NCBI GenBank assembly: GCA_010405405.1
Contig: MU004240.1
Span: 324,316-388,315, forward strand
Origin: Microthyrium microscopicum
Lineage: Eukaryota
DNA length: 64,000 bases
Reading direction: 5' to 3'
The first letter of the stretch is position 1. Every line of letters starts with the position of its first letter. Below are positions 22,788-34,204 of this stretch, in pieces. The notes below the pieces were generated by a model that searched no databases, had not been told where the DNA came from, and saw only the letters and a program-made list of their open reading frames with translations. The position numbers and the translations under genes were made by a program.

Positions 22788-25118
22788 ATGCCCAACATGT
22801 CCGGTGAAGACACACCGACCTTGAAGTGGTCAGCCTCATTTTCTGTCCCGTCAACCTCCTCACCCTCCTCGAAGCGAATCAAGCTATCCGGCGACAAGAT
22901 ACTCCTTCCTCCTTCCGCTCTCGAACAGCTACTCGCTGCCGCCCCAGTCAGTGAATCCCTACCCGACGCTGCCGCACCCTTGACATCCGCTTTTGATCCG
23001 TTCAATCCATACACATACGCTGCTGAGCGACATGCCCGCGAGAGCCTCCTAGAACGTCAGCAACAGCTGCCCCATCCGCTGACCTTCCGACTGGTCAATC
23101 CTGCCAATGGTCGAGTAGTCTATGCAGGCATCCGCGAATTTTCTGCCGGCGAGGATGAGGTCGTACTAAGCAGTTGGCTGCGCCTAGCTCTCGGATTTAA
23201 AGATGAAGATGATACTCTCGAAGAAGAAAATGGCATCAAAGACACGGAAATGTCGGATGGAGCCGATGTTAGCCGCAATCCACAAAAGACTGGGGAGACG
23301 ATAACTGTGCATGCGAGACAGCTTCCGAAGGGGACATTTGTAAAGCTGCGTCCTCTGGAAGCAGGGTATGACGCTGAAGATTGGAAGGCCTTATTGGAAC
23401 AACATCTGCGCACAAACTTTACAACCCTTACAAATGGCGAGGTCTTGGATGTACCAGGCGGACGAGGTATTGGCTCGTCTTCAGAACACTTCAGATTTTT
23501 AGTGGATGGGTTTCAGCCCGAGGGTGATGGCATCTGCATCGTCGATACGGATCTTGAGGTTGATATTGAGGCTTTGAATGAAGAGCAAGCTATAGAGACG
23601 GTCAAGCGATTAGCTGAGAAGGCTCATCGTGCACCAGGAACTACAAATGGTAGCTCATCTGGAGGTCGAATAGACCTCTTCCAAAGCGAGCAGGGACAAG
23701 TTCTTCCAGGAGACTGGGTAGACTACTCTTTGCCCTCGTGGGATCGATCTCAGGGCGTTGAGATCGAACTTTCTGGAGTAGAAGACAATCAAGACGTACA
23801 ATTGTATGTCAGCCCACTTGCTCCACGGCAAAGAGCGAAACCTCGAGAAGACGAATACATATTCGCTGAGTTGGATGGACGATATCCTAAACGGATACGA
23901 ATCAATCCAACAAACGCGGAACTAGAAGGCGCAGAGGCGATTCAAATAGCAATACATGCATTTTCCGAATCAGATAAAACAACATTACCAGCCATAGGAT
24001 TCACAATCTCTGTGAATCCCTTTGATCCGAGCAAAGAGCAATCATCTACATCAACCAACTCAGACACGCCTCCAAATCCGGGCGAAGCACGTTGCGACAA
24101 CTGTCATCAATGGATTCCGGAGCGAACTATGACACTCCACCAAAACTTCTGCTACCGCAATAACATCCTCTGTCCTCAAGGCTGCGATCAAGTCTTTCAA
24201 AAACGTTCTCCTCAATGGACCGCCCATTGGCATTGTCCACACGACAGAGCCTACGGCTCCACTCCTCAAAGCCGCCTCGCTCACGACACTCACTTCCACA
24301 CCACCACAACATGTACTCATTGCACGCTTTCCTTTTCCTCTATCGCCGCCCTCGCCGGCCACCGCACGTCAGTCTGCCCAGCAAAGCTCATCCTCTGCCA
24401 ATTCTGCCATCTTACCGTCCCACAAGACGGCGACCCACTACATCCAGATCCTGCTGCTCTCCTAGCAAATCTCACACCCCACGAACTTGCCGACGGCGCG
24501 CGCACGACTGAATGCCATCTATGCTCCAAGATCGTACGTCTACGCGACATGCCAACCCACCTCGCCCACCACGAGCTCTCCAAGACACGTCGCGCAGCAC
24601 CAATACCATGCCGTAACGCACTCTGCGGCCGAAGCGTACACGGCGCCGACATCTCCGGCAACACGCGACTCACCACCTCCTCCAACGAACTCGGCCTCTG
24701 CTCCCGGTGCTTCGGGCCTCTCTACGTCGCGCTCCACGACCCCGACGGCCGCGCCCTCAAGCGGCGAGTAGAGCGCCGCTATCTAGCGCAACTGCTCACA
24801 GGCTGCGGCAAAGACTGGTGCCGCAACAGTCTCTGTCGCGCCGGGCGTAAGAATCTAGGCATGCCAGAGCAAGGCACGAGTGCGCGAGACGCGCTGCCGA
24901 TGATCAAGCCGGAGCTAGTAGGTCTGGAAGGTGGAGCAGCGCTGCATTTCTGCGTAGATGAGCGGGCGCAGGAGAGTAGGGTGTTGGCGGAACATGTTGC
25001 TGCGGAGGGGGTTTATGCGGTTGAGTGGTGTGTTGGGGCGTTAGAGGCGAGTGCTGGTAATGTGGTGAAGGGGAGAGAGTGGTTGGGGAATTGGGCGCCG
25101 AAGATTGTTAATGAGTAG
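22788..25118 (+). CDS. UFD1-domain protein with multiple zinc fingers (Ufd1 paralogue), intronless, 776 aa
   Basis: UFD1/UT3 motifs GDKILLPPSAL, HPLTFRL, AGIREFSA, LPKGTFVKLRP, KALLEQHLR.NFTTLT.G and IVDTDLEVDI; several CxxC..H..C/H fingers; C-terminal AZUL-like and UBA-like segments. Confidence 0.9.
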   Translation: MPNMSGEDTPTLKWSASFSVPSTSSPSSKRIKLSGDKILLPPSALEQLLAAAPVSESLPDAAAPLTSAFDPFNPYTYAAERHARESLLERQQQLPHPLTFRLVNPANGRVVYAGIREFSAGEDEVVLSSWLRLALGFKDEDDTLEEENGIKDTEMSDGADVSRNPQKTGETITVHARQLPKGTFVKLRPLEAGYDAEDWKALLEQHLRTNFTTLTNGEVLDVPGGRGIGSSSEHFRFLVDGFQPEGDGICIVDTDLEVDIEALNEEQAIETVKRLAEKAHRAPGTTNGSSSGGRIDLFQSEQGQVLPGDWVDYSLPSWDRSQGVEIELSGVEDNQDVQLYVSPLAPRQRAKPREDEYIFAELDGRYPKRIRINPTNAELEGAEAIQIAIHAFSESDKTTLPAIGFTISVNPFDPSKEQSSTSTNSDTPPNPGEARCDNCHQWIPERTMTLHQNFCYRNNILCPQGCDQVFQKRSPQWTAHWHCPHDRAYGSTPQSRLAHDTHFHTTTTCTHCTLSFSSIAALAGHRTSVCPAKLILCQFCHLTVPQDGDPLHPDPAALLANLTPHELADGARTTECHLCSKIVRLRDMPTHLAHHELSKTRRAAPIPCRNALCGRSVHGADISGNTRLTTSSNELGLCSRCFGPLYVALHDPDGRALKRRVERRYLAQLLTGCGKDWCRNSLCRAGRKNLGMPEQGTSARDALPMIKPELVGLEGGAALHFCVDERAQESRVLAEHVAAEGVYAVEWCVGALEASAGNVVKGREWLGNWAPKIVNE

Positions 25119-25194
25119 AGTGGTGATGAGGATGAATGATATGTATGATTGAACGATGAAGGGTGTAGAGCGGTGTAGTGCTTTTGTTGTGCTG

Positions 25195-25404
25195 ATCCCT
25201 TCGAACCCTGGGTGACCATCTCGACTTTAGCGTGTAAAAACTGACCAATTGGTTACTTAGTAGTAAGCCAAAACTTACTAGTTTTGTGGGCTTTTGGGGC
25301 AGATTTATATGAGAATTGGGGCAGTGGCGTATTTTGCTGACTTGAATAGGTTAGAGTGGCTGCGGCCCGAGATGTCCCCTTATTAGCGTAGGGTTCGAAG
25401 GGAT
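25195..25404. mobile_element. Possible small MITE-like element, about 210 bp, with a 15-bp perfect TIR
   Basis: ATCCCTTCGAACCCT at 25195-25209 and its reverse complement AGGGTTCGAAGGGAT at 25390-25404, plus inner GACCATCTCG / CGAGATGTC arms. No clean TSD. Confidence 0.55.
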
Positions 25405-25620
25405 AGATCACTGCATTTTTGTATCAATTCTACCGTATTACCCTTCAAGTACGACTACCTAAGCGCTCAGAATGAGTATGATTCAAATCTTTTAGTTACA
25501 GAGCATCAAATTCTTAGCAGTAAGTTCAATTTGTTGGACCATTGTACCAAACGAGGCCGTTGACTGATTCTGGGCCTTCTAGTCAAGACCGAAGAACTGC
25601 CCAATAAAGACGGATCAGCG

Positions 25621-25701
25621 AAGCTCGTAAGCTCGTAAAAATCCCCAAAGCCCGTAAATCCCCAAGGTTCGTAAATCTCCAAGCTCGTAAAAGCTTATAT
25701 A
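25621..25701 (+). repeat. Degenerate tandem array, five copies of AAG/AGG-YYCGTAA with ~17-bp units, ending in a TATA-like TTATATAG
   Basis: Units read AAGCTCGT, AAGCTCGTAAAA, ATCCCCAAAGCCCGTAA, ATCCCCAAGGTTCGTAA, ATCTCCAAGCTCGTAA. Confidence 0.75.
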
Positions 25702-26183
25702 GCATCCCCGTCCCACCCAACTCCCCTGACGACACCACGATCTACAACCAGCCCCCGGTCTTCCACTGATTACCACACAGAACCATATACCCTTTTTCCA
25801 CGAATTCTAGATTACCCAAAAGTAGCAACCACAACTATCTAACGAACCTCAATCGCCAATGGAAACTTGTAATCTAGTGCGCTGATTGGCTGGCTGACTG
25901 GGTAGTATCAGATAGATATTGGGGCTCGATATTGCTAACGCTCAAGCTATCTTCGTAAACATTTTGGCTCCACGCTAGAAAAAACGCTTGGATACTCGAG
26001 CGTGCAAAGCAAGGCACTGTATGAAGAGTCTCCACGATTCGAATGGCGCGGGACATATATGAGTAAGAATGGGCACCTCCCATCTCGTGGTAGATATATC
26101 TGCCTGTCATCCAGATATCAGACAGTTGATATTCTTACACCACACTCTTTTACATTGTTGAATCAACAGTTGAGAACTTCATC

Positions 26184-27546
26184 ATGAAGTATCTAGCCGC
26201 TCTTTCCGCCCTCGTTGGCATGTCCACCGCGCACGCGATCGTCAAGAAGATCGTCGTTGATGGGAACGTGTAAGTTTCCCTACTGCCAAACTTTCCTCAC
26301 TGAGACATTGTGTTGATTTGTGCTAGATATCCAGGCTATGATCCACGCTATGATATCGACTGGAAGCAAAAGCGTATTGAATGGGGTTTCAGTAGCAAGG
26401 CTGCCGCACAAGGAATTGGGCCCGCGCAGAATATGTCGTCGCCGGATATGGCGTGTCGGTTTGCGCCGGTGCAGCCGCCTGCGCTGATTGCGGTTGCGCG
26501 TGCGGGTGCGAATGTTACGTATTCGTGGGGAGCGTATTATCAGAGTCATATGGTGAGTTCCCTTCTAGGTAGTGTGAAGTCGTGGAAGAGGAATGAGCTA
26601 ATGGTTTATAGGGACCGGTTATAACAGTGAGTTTTACGCAAGATCGAAAGGTGTAGATGTGGAGGGTTTCTAATATCGGTTGTAGTATATGGGGAAATTG
26701 GCGAGTCCTACGCAAGATCCTACGACGGTGGATTTCTTTAAGATTTATGTATGTTACTGCCAGCCCCTTCTTCAGATCATGAGATCAAAGTCAAATCATC
26801 GTTGAACTAACTTGACCTAGGAAGACGGATACGATACCAAAACCCACGAATTCGGTAGCCAAAGACTCTACGCCAACAACATGACTGGAACCGTCCAAAT
26901 CCCAAGCAACCTCAAGGCGGGAGATTACATTATGCGACATGAGTTGGTCGCACTTCACTACGCAAAGAAGGAAATGGGCCCAGAGTTCTACATCAGCTGC
27001 CTGAACGTCAAGGTGTTGGGTGATGGAACCGCTGAGCCAAAGAAAGAGGATCTGGTCCGCTTTCCAGGCGCATATAAGCCTGATGATCCGTACCTGGCCT
27101 TTGACCTTCATCACCATGAGAACAAATATGTAAGCAAAAACACCCCTGACCCGTATGGTCACTTACAGAGCATATGACTAACTCGCTCGCAGATCGTTCC
27201 TGGTCCAAAACTCTTCCAAGCCGAGTTCAACGCGCCCAAAGGCGATCGTCCCATCGTCAAGGAGACTGGTGTCGGCTCTGGAGCTACATGGGAGGCATAC
27301 AAGGCGATCAAGAACTTGGGCGACTTTGTCTCCGAGTCTGTCGTAACCAATGATGACAAGCTGAATCCAGGTGGAGGTGGATGTATCTGGGAGCCGGGTC
27401 AGGCAGAGTCTACTGCGGTTTGCACACCTATCAATGGTGGCCACGATATGGTAAAATCGCCTACGAATGCCCGCGGTCAGTTTGACGTTAAGAAGGGACA
27501 GCAACCTAAGCCAGCGAGAAAGCTGAGAAGGAGCTTCACTGGTTAG
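26184..27546 (+). CDS. Secreted AA9 lytic polysaccharide monooxygenase, 6 exons
   Basis: Signal peptide MKYLAALSALVGMSTA followed by His1; SHM|GPVIT|YM (second His); GDYIMRHELVALH; EFYISC (axial Tyr). Introns 26270-26326, 26553-26611, 26627-26685, 26749-26820 and 27130-27192. Confidence 0.9.
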
Positions 27547-27853
27547 ATACTACAATCGCATCAATTGAGTTTCTGAACTGAGCTTGACTGAAGTATCTTT
27601 CCCATCTCGTTGATGTTGAAGTTATGCTATTGATGAGTGATAGTTGTGCGTAAGAGCTTGATAAAATACTCGTAAGACTTTCCAGTATGGCTTAATGATT
27701 ATGATTTCGATTCTTACATATCAGTCAAACGCCTAGGGCCTATAATTTACAAAATTCAAGTCGACATAAAGTTCAGAGCCTCCCTACCCGTTCTACGACG
27801 CGTAACTGGTCAATATGTTGCTGGCAGATTTATGTTTCCTTACACCATGCCCC

Positions 27854-28915
27854 TTACTTGCCGGCTTCTTTAAGTTTCTTCTCCACCACATCAAGGCCAA
27901 CCAGCTTCTGGATCGTCCCGTCCAAGAGTCCATGTGGCAGCAACGTTCCAAACCACGCCAGCCAGACACTGGACCCATGCCAGATCGTGTACTTGGGCTT
28001 TTTCTTGAGCAAATCTGCCACCACCGCAGCCGCCCAAGGAGCCTGCGGCACAGCCTCGTCGTGGATATTTTCAAGAGACATTGCGTGCTCTACAGCTTCT
28101 CTTGCTACCTCGTAAAGTGAACCCTTGGGTAACTCGTAGTGGTTTTTTTCCCAGACTAATATCGTCAGTGTAAGTTCATCATAAAAGCTACTATATTAGT
28201 CCACACCCTTCGTAGACAGGGGTAGACCTGGAGAAGCGCTATTCAATGGCACTTCGCCATAAGATCGCTTCAACAGGTCATCAAGTGTATCTACCTAGAG
28301 GATGTTAAAGGCTAGGAAACTCACTATTGGATTCCACTCCGCCAGTCTTGAGGTCATGCACAGAAATCCCGAATGGTTTCAGCTCTTGTCGGAGACAATC
28401 GGAGAACATTGCTATGGCCGCTTTGGAAGCGGCGTACACGGAGCCAAATGGTACGGCGGTAATTGAGGCTAGAGATGTCTGATTCACAATTGTGCCTTTT
28501 GACTCAATGAGCAAAGGTAGAAAGGCTTGTGTGACTGTGAGATATGACCAGACATTGAGGTCGAATACCTTCTTGGCATCGGCGACGTCGAGGTCTGAAA
28601 TTGGCATTTGACCTCCCATGCCAGCATTATTGACTATTTCGCTTTTTAGTACTGTGTTTACTTCAAATCGAGTCTTTCCATACCTAAAATATCGAGCTGA
28701 GAGATTTGGCTTCGGCATTTTTCGATAGATGTATTGTCCAGCACGTCAAGTTCAAGAGTTTCGATACCCATAGCCTCAAGACCCTTCATCTTTGCTGTAT
28801 TTCTTGACGTGGCGTATACCTTCAAGCCAGCATTGTGAAAGGCAATGGCAAGACCAGAACCGAGACCGCCATCTGAGCAGCCAGTAATCAAGACTGTTCT
28901 CTTTGTACCTGACAT
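27854..28915 (-). CDS. Short-chain dehydrogenase/reductase (Ayr1-like), 3 exons
   Basis: TGCSDGGLG Rossmann motif, NNAG and catalytic YAASK; introns 28634-28683 and 28156-28324 restore one reading frame. Confidence 0.9.
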
Positions 28916-30157
28916 TTTGTAATCTCTCTTGACTATTGCAGTCTTCTGAGATGAGGTAGTGTAAATATATGTGCGGTGTTCTGCAAAGTGGGAGAGTAAG
29001 CAAAGACGCGAGACATCAATGTAAGATGCGCGACATTGCTTGAATATATGCATCCACCTACTGGTACTTACTGTAACACCAATGCCTGTAATAACTTTGT
29101 TTTGTCAGCGTAAGCAGCACAAGCCTAGTGGGTGAATAACGGGTCCGCTATCGATATGGTCCACAATTTACTCTACGGAGTACAAATGCTCCAAGATCAG
29201 CTTGCATAGGTCTCATCTTCTCAACGATCCAACACAACTCAACCATCATTGCTGATAACTTTGCGATCGAAAGAGTGTAGAAGCTGGCGTTTCTAGACTT
29301 AGATGTTGTAAACAAAAGATAAATGGCCGGAATCCGGAGTTTCTCTCGGTGTGCAAGGCCCCGAGCATTCGCGGCTAGATTGTTGCCCCGAAGCGATATC
29401 CATACAGTGTTTGAAACGTCACAACTCACATTGTGGCTGGTATTTTCGGAACCCGCAGTTGTGAACCCGCAGTTGAATCTTACGTCTTTCAACTTCCTGC
29501 AGAGCTCAATATATCCAGATTTGGCATTCGTCCATGCACTGATGAGTGATAGTAATAGGGTAATTACTCTTGAACTCTGACACGGTATCCGTGTAATTTC
29601 GTAAGCTAGCAAGTAAGTAGGATACTCATAGCCTCAGGGATTCAACAGCAGAATAGGTTAGGTGGGACTTTAAGCACTTAGGCAAGCTAAAGTAAGCATG
29701 TTTGACCTCGCTTGTAGTTCCGGTCTGACAAGTCTGACAATGATCTCACGTTGTGAACAATTTACTGATTCACGAACCTTGGTTTTAGACGTTCATGAAG
29801 ACTAGATCACAAGGGTGGCTAGAAATTTACTTATCGATGACTTGCTCAGGTTTAATTCCTGATCGAGCTGTCAATGCAGCGCCAAATCGTGTTCAACTTT
29901 ATATTCTTTTGTAGACTTGGTGTAAATATTGCCTGAAATAAAACATTAAAGGTTGATGGAAGAGTCCTGGATTCAGGGGGTGGCACACCTCCGCCTCAAG
30001 AGTCCACAAGAGTCACCTTCTGCCCCTCCACGCTTTGATGAGTCCTCTATCTTGGCCCCCAAATTTCGACACAGCTAGAAACCTGTTTTATGTCTATGAA
30101 AACGCTGTTGATTTTTTCTCCAATCTTTTCCAATAATTGCTCCGGCTCAAATCCACC

Positions 30158-31501
30158 ATGGGTCGAAATTTGATTCAGCTTCCCGTTGAAATCATTCAAC
30201 AGATTGGAGAGAACGTTTTACATCGTGATCGGTGTAAGCTTAGCTCTACATGCTCACTATTTAGCAACATCTTGGAGCCGTTCGTATTCAGAGCCGTCAG
30301 AATAGAGAACCGGGCACAAGACGCCAAGGCAATTCGGTCAGTACTTCAGAAATATGGCAAACATATACGTCGACTCAGTTTCCATGGAACCGCAAGCATC
30401 TTGATATATGACGAAGGTTACGATGAATCAGAAGAGGACCAGAACCGCCTTCGAGCAATCGAAAGTGTGAAAAATGAGCCATTTCCTGATGATGTTTTAC
30501 TTCAATTGGCTGATGCATCAACGCTCCTACCAGTACTCGAAGAGATATCCATCAACTTCAACTGCAATGTCGTTCCAGAGGACTCTTGGGACAACTTTTG
30601 GGAGGCATACGCATTCACCTATCCAGGCTATAGCAACATCCAGTCGTTATACACTCTGTTCTTGCCTTTCTACAAAACAATTAGCAGTTTGAGGAATATA
30701 TCTGTGCTCACAATCCATGACCTGTTCCCTGGAGACATCGACGTATGGGCAACCGAAGAAATGATCGAATTCTTGCACCCGCTCAAAAAGGTCGAGCTAT
30801 GCATGTACGGCAACGGCCATCAGCCCGATTATTCTGACCCCTATGTGGAGCTTTGCGAAGCTGTAGGCGAGAGATTACTACGCAACTTGACATCTACCAC
30901 TACTTTCAGCCTTGGGACCTCCCGGAGGTACAATTATCTAGGGGGGGTCGAGACTCAAGTTTTTCCAACCTCGCCTCCGCTGAAGCCTGGATATATGTCA
31001 GCACTCCGGAATCTGGAACTCGTCAGTTATTTTATTGGAATCAAGGGCGAGGTCAGAAACTTCTTAGTAGCGCATTCCGGGGTTTTGGAAAAAGTCGTAC
31101 TGCATAATTGCCATGCTATTCATGTTGGGCCAGACTGGACAGATGGCAAATGGCTCGGCTGGGAAGATCTTTTTGATAGCCTTGCAAACACGGATCCCGT
31201 TTTGTCAACTTTCGAGATCAAGAATGATACCCTGCCATTATGGGATAGCGCTCAAGCCTGGCAGCACGACAGCGGTAATCCAAGTACAATGACTCGAGCA
31301 CAAACGTCTCGAAGAAGGAGATACTTCAGCTATAGGTATGTGAGCGAAGATGGAAACAAACTTGCGCAGGACAAGAATTTCAGGGAATCAAGATTCGAGG
31401 AGGGTGGAGACCAAAGAGCTTACGACAATTTGATGGACATTGTGGAGATTAATGCTTTACGAAAGAAACTATCCCGCGAAGCTGTCTATAAACATACATA
31501 A
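30158..31501 (+). CDS. F-box-like hypothetical protein, intronless
   Basis: N-terminal LIQLPVEIIQQI..L..KLSSTCSLF F-box-like pattern followed by LxxLxL-type segments; ATG at 30158. Confidence 0.65.
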   Translation: MGRNLIQLPVEIIQQIGENVLHRDRCKLSSTCSLFSNILEPFVFRAVRIENRAQDAKAIRSVLQKYGKHIRRLSFHGTASILIYDEGYDESEEDQNRLRAIESVKNEPFPDDVLLQLADASTLLPVLEEISINFNCNVVPEDSWDNFWEAYAFTYPGYSNIQSLYTLFLPFYKTISSLRNISVLTIHDLFPGDIDVWATEEMIEFLHPLKKVELCMYGNGHQPDYSDPYVELCEAVGERLLRNLTSTTTFSLGTSRRYNYLGGVETQVFPTSPPLKPGYMSALRNLELVSYFIGIKGEVRNFLVAHSGVLEKVVLHNCHAIHVGPDWTDGKWLGWEDLFDSLANTDPVLSTFEIKNDTLPLWDSAQAWQHDSGNPSTMTRAQTSRRRRYFSYRYVSEDGNKLAQDKNFRESRFEEGGDQRAYDNLMDIVEINALRKKLSREAVYKHT

Positions 31502-31692
31502 TCATGCCAATGAAAACAGTATCTATTCACAAGAGGTGGTTGTAGCCATCAAAGTTGGTAAGAGTATGCCGTTTATCTGCCATTCAGTTGGCAAAAAAGA
31601 ATACCAATTTTCATTGGACTAGACCAGACCACTGGCCTAGAGGATACAGATATTTGTACGTTGTCCAAGATGAGAAGCATCATCTCCCCCAA

Positions 31693-33306
31693 TTACTTTC
31701 TTGGTGTAATCTTCATCCATAGTGGTGGCTTCTCCCATATCTTATATGCCTTCTGAGCTGTTGTCCAATCTTTAGATCTCTCGTCCAGCTCCAAATCGAA
31801 ATCAAATAGCACCCGCGTCAATATCATGCGCATCTCTGCATAGGCCAAATTTTTCCCGATGCAGTTACGAGGCCCGACGGAGAATGGCTGAAATACCGCG
31901 TGATTATCGTTTCGGAATTCCTCAGGCACATCGCTAGCATTTTTAAAGAAGCGCTCGGGGTGAAACTCCTCTGGCTTGGCCCACAAAGTTTCGAGGTGGT
32001 TCATGACATACTGCGACACATAGATTATCGTTTTCGCTGGAATTGATCTGCCATCGATCACGCCGCCGCCAGGGGGAGCCTCACGAGGGGGCTGGTTGGG
32101 TACCGGAGGGTAGATGCGCATAGTCTCGTTTAAACAGGCGATGAGGTAACTGAGTCTCGCGCTCGAATAGAGGTCAATTTCGTCCGCTGACTCGAAGGTG
32201 CTTCGGACTTCATTCACTGCCTTCTGTAACGTGTCTGGGTGAGTGCAAAGCTGATAACAGACTCCAGAGAGCAGAGTGGCTGTAGTCTCGGAGCCCGCTA
32301 GGACGAGAAGCGAGCTTGTAGAGGCAAGCTCGTCAAATGTCATTCCCGTATCTTTGCCATTCTTTTCAAGCACAGAGTCGAGAAAGTCGCCTTGATCAGT
32401 ACCCAACGCCATGCGAGCACGCACTTTATCTTCCGAGAACTTCTGGTGGAGCACGCGTCCTTGCTGAGCTTTTTTAGGGACCAGATATTTTATGAGCCCG
32501 CCCAATCCAACTTGGCGGATTGCTGCAGTCATAGCAATGTTTTTGGCAGCGTCAAAGATTGCTTTCACCTGCTCGACAATTAGCAATCGGTGATCTGTTA
32601 TTGAGTTGTCACTCACCCAGGGATGCAATTTCTGGTTTTCGAGACAACCAAAGCTCTCCCCAAAAGTTAAAGCCCCAATAACTGATAGTTGTATTAGTCC
32701 CTATCATACTCCGAATCATAAGACTGACGTACCATCGAAGCTGGTCCAGTTGAACCATTGTGTCAGATCCTGAGCACCTTCGCTGCCTCTCTCATGGAGA
32801 CCTTTGATTAGACTATTCACATAACCTCTGATCAATGGCTGTTGTCGTTGCATGCTCTTTTCCGAGAATGATGCGGCGAAAGCCCTCCGATATCTAGCAT
32901 GATTCTCTCTGTTTGCCAAAAGAATCGAAGGTATTCCATTGGGTGGCACAACTGCAAAAGCACCTGACTTCCCAAATTCTGCTTGACCGGCATGGCGGTG
33001 AGCCAAGGCATCTCGATAGACAACCTCATCCGCATAGCTCAAGGCGTCAGGTGCGACGCGTACCACTGGTCCATAACGCTTGTGTAGGTCGAGAATGGAG
33101 TACACGTCAGTCCCACACATTTGGCCATATGCGAAAGGGATCCTAGAGACTGCCCATATTTTTGGACCTGGGAACTTGCGGAGTGGATGGAAAAAGAGGT
33201 TGTAAGTTGAGATGGACACCACATAGAGAACGATCGAGGCGGAGATGAAGGCAATGGCAACACCCAAAGTGTGAGAAGTAGCGTTTAGAAACGCCTGGAT
33301 GTCCAT
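31693..33306 (-). CDS. Cytochrome P450, CYP65/Tri11-like, 2 exons
   Basis: HPLRKFPGP, YGPVVRVAP, AGSETTAT, ETMR, PERF and heme motif FSVGPRNCIG; intron 32682-32732. Confidence 0.93.
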
Positions 33307-34204
33307 GATACTCGATAACCTTTGGTTATTTGCTCAAAGTCGACAGCATAGGTAAGGTAGATATGGGACAAGTCAGTTCTTTTATGCTGCGAGCTGAGAG
33401 GCCTAAAGGCATTCCCGAAGGGCCCATGTTTTGGGTATGTGGGCTTTGTTACCGACCCTTTAGTAGAAAGACAGGCCTTACGGTAATAACTGGTCAGTAC
33501 TCAAACTACTCCACCTGTATTCATTCGATCTTTCTGGACCACAAACTCGTGAGAAGCCGAATTGAGCCGATGCTATTGGTCAACACCGGACTTGACTATA
33601 AAAGTGCAAGAGTTGATTCCAATCAGGCAATAATTGGCGAGAGATAGTGACATCGTTTGCGGGCTGACGAAGTTAAATCCGGAATACGGACTGATCAGCC
33701 ATGTGAGTACCGGCAAAATATTACACCCTCGCAATGAAGCGATGCAAGGATGAGGCGATTTAATATCATGGTGTAACAAACCTGGTGCGTAAGCAATACC
33801 CCAGCTCTAGAGGCTACTCACACGTCAGTAGAAGGTTTGCTGCATATCATAACATTTAATAAGACAAATAATGGTTTGTGGAGAGACAGAATGTTCAAAA
33901 GAATCAAAAAACGCTCTAGGAACTCTAGTGACGAAGCGCATTATGGCCTACCCTTCCACATCATTACAACTCCAAAATCCAACATCTGAGGAGCTCGGAA
34001 AGATCGGGAGGCACCCTTCAAAGTTAAAGGCATGCTGACATCAGACTTGGTGAGATTGAGTTTGCAATGGTTCGCAAGGATAATTGATTTCATTGAACAT
34101 GTTTCGCTACTAATTTGGAACCAGTAAGCACAATAAACTTAATCTTATACTTGACTTAACGCAATGGAATGGAGTCCAAGTTTGTATCTGCAAGCTAGAG
34201 TCAT

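Noticed and set aside
25621..25701. Repeat array as a CRISPR-like locus
   Set aside because: Units are under 20 bp, degenerate and lack unique spacers; the context is eukaryotic with no cas genes.
29148..29612. 154-aa minus-strand ORF
   Set aside because: Non-ATG start, no motifs, and it lies in the probable promoter region between the divergent SDR and F-box-like genes.
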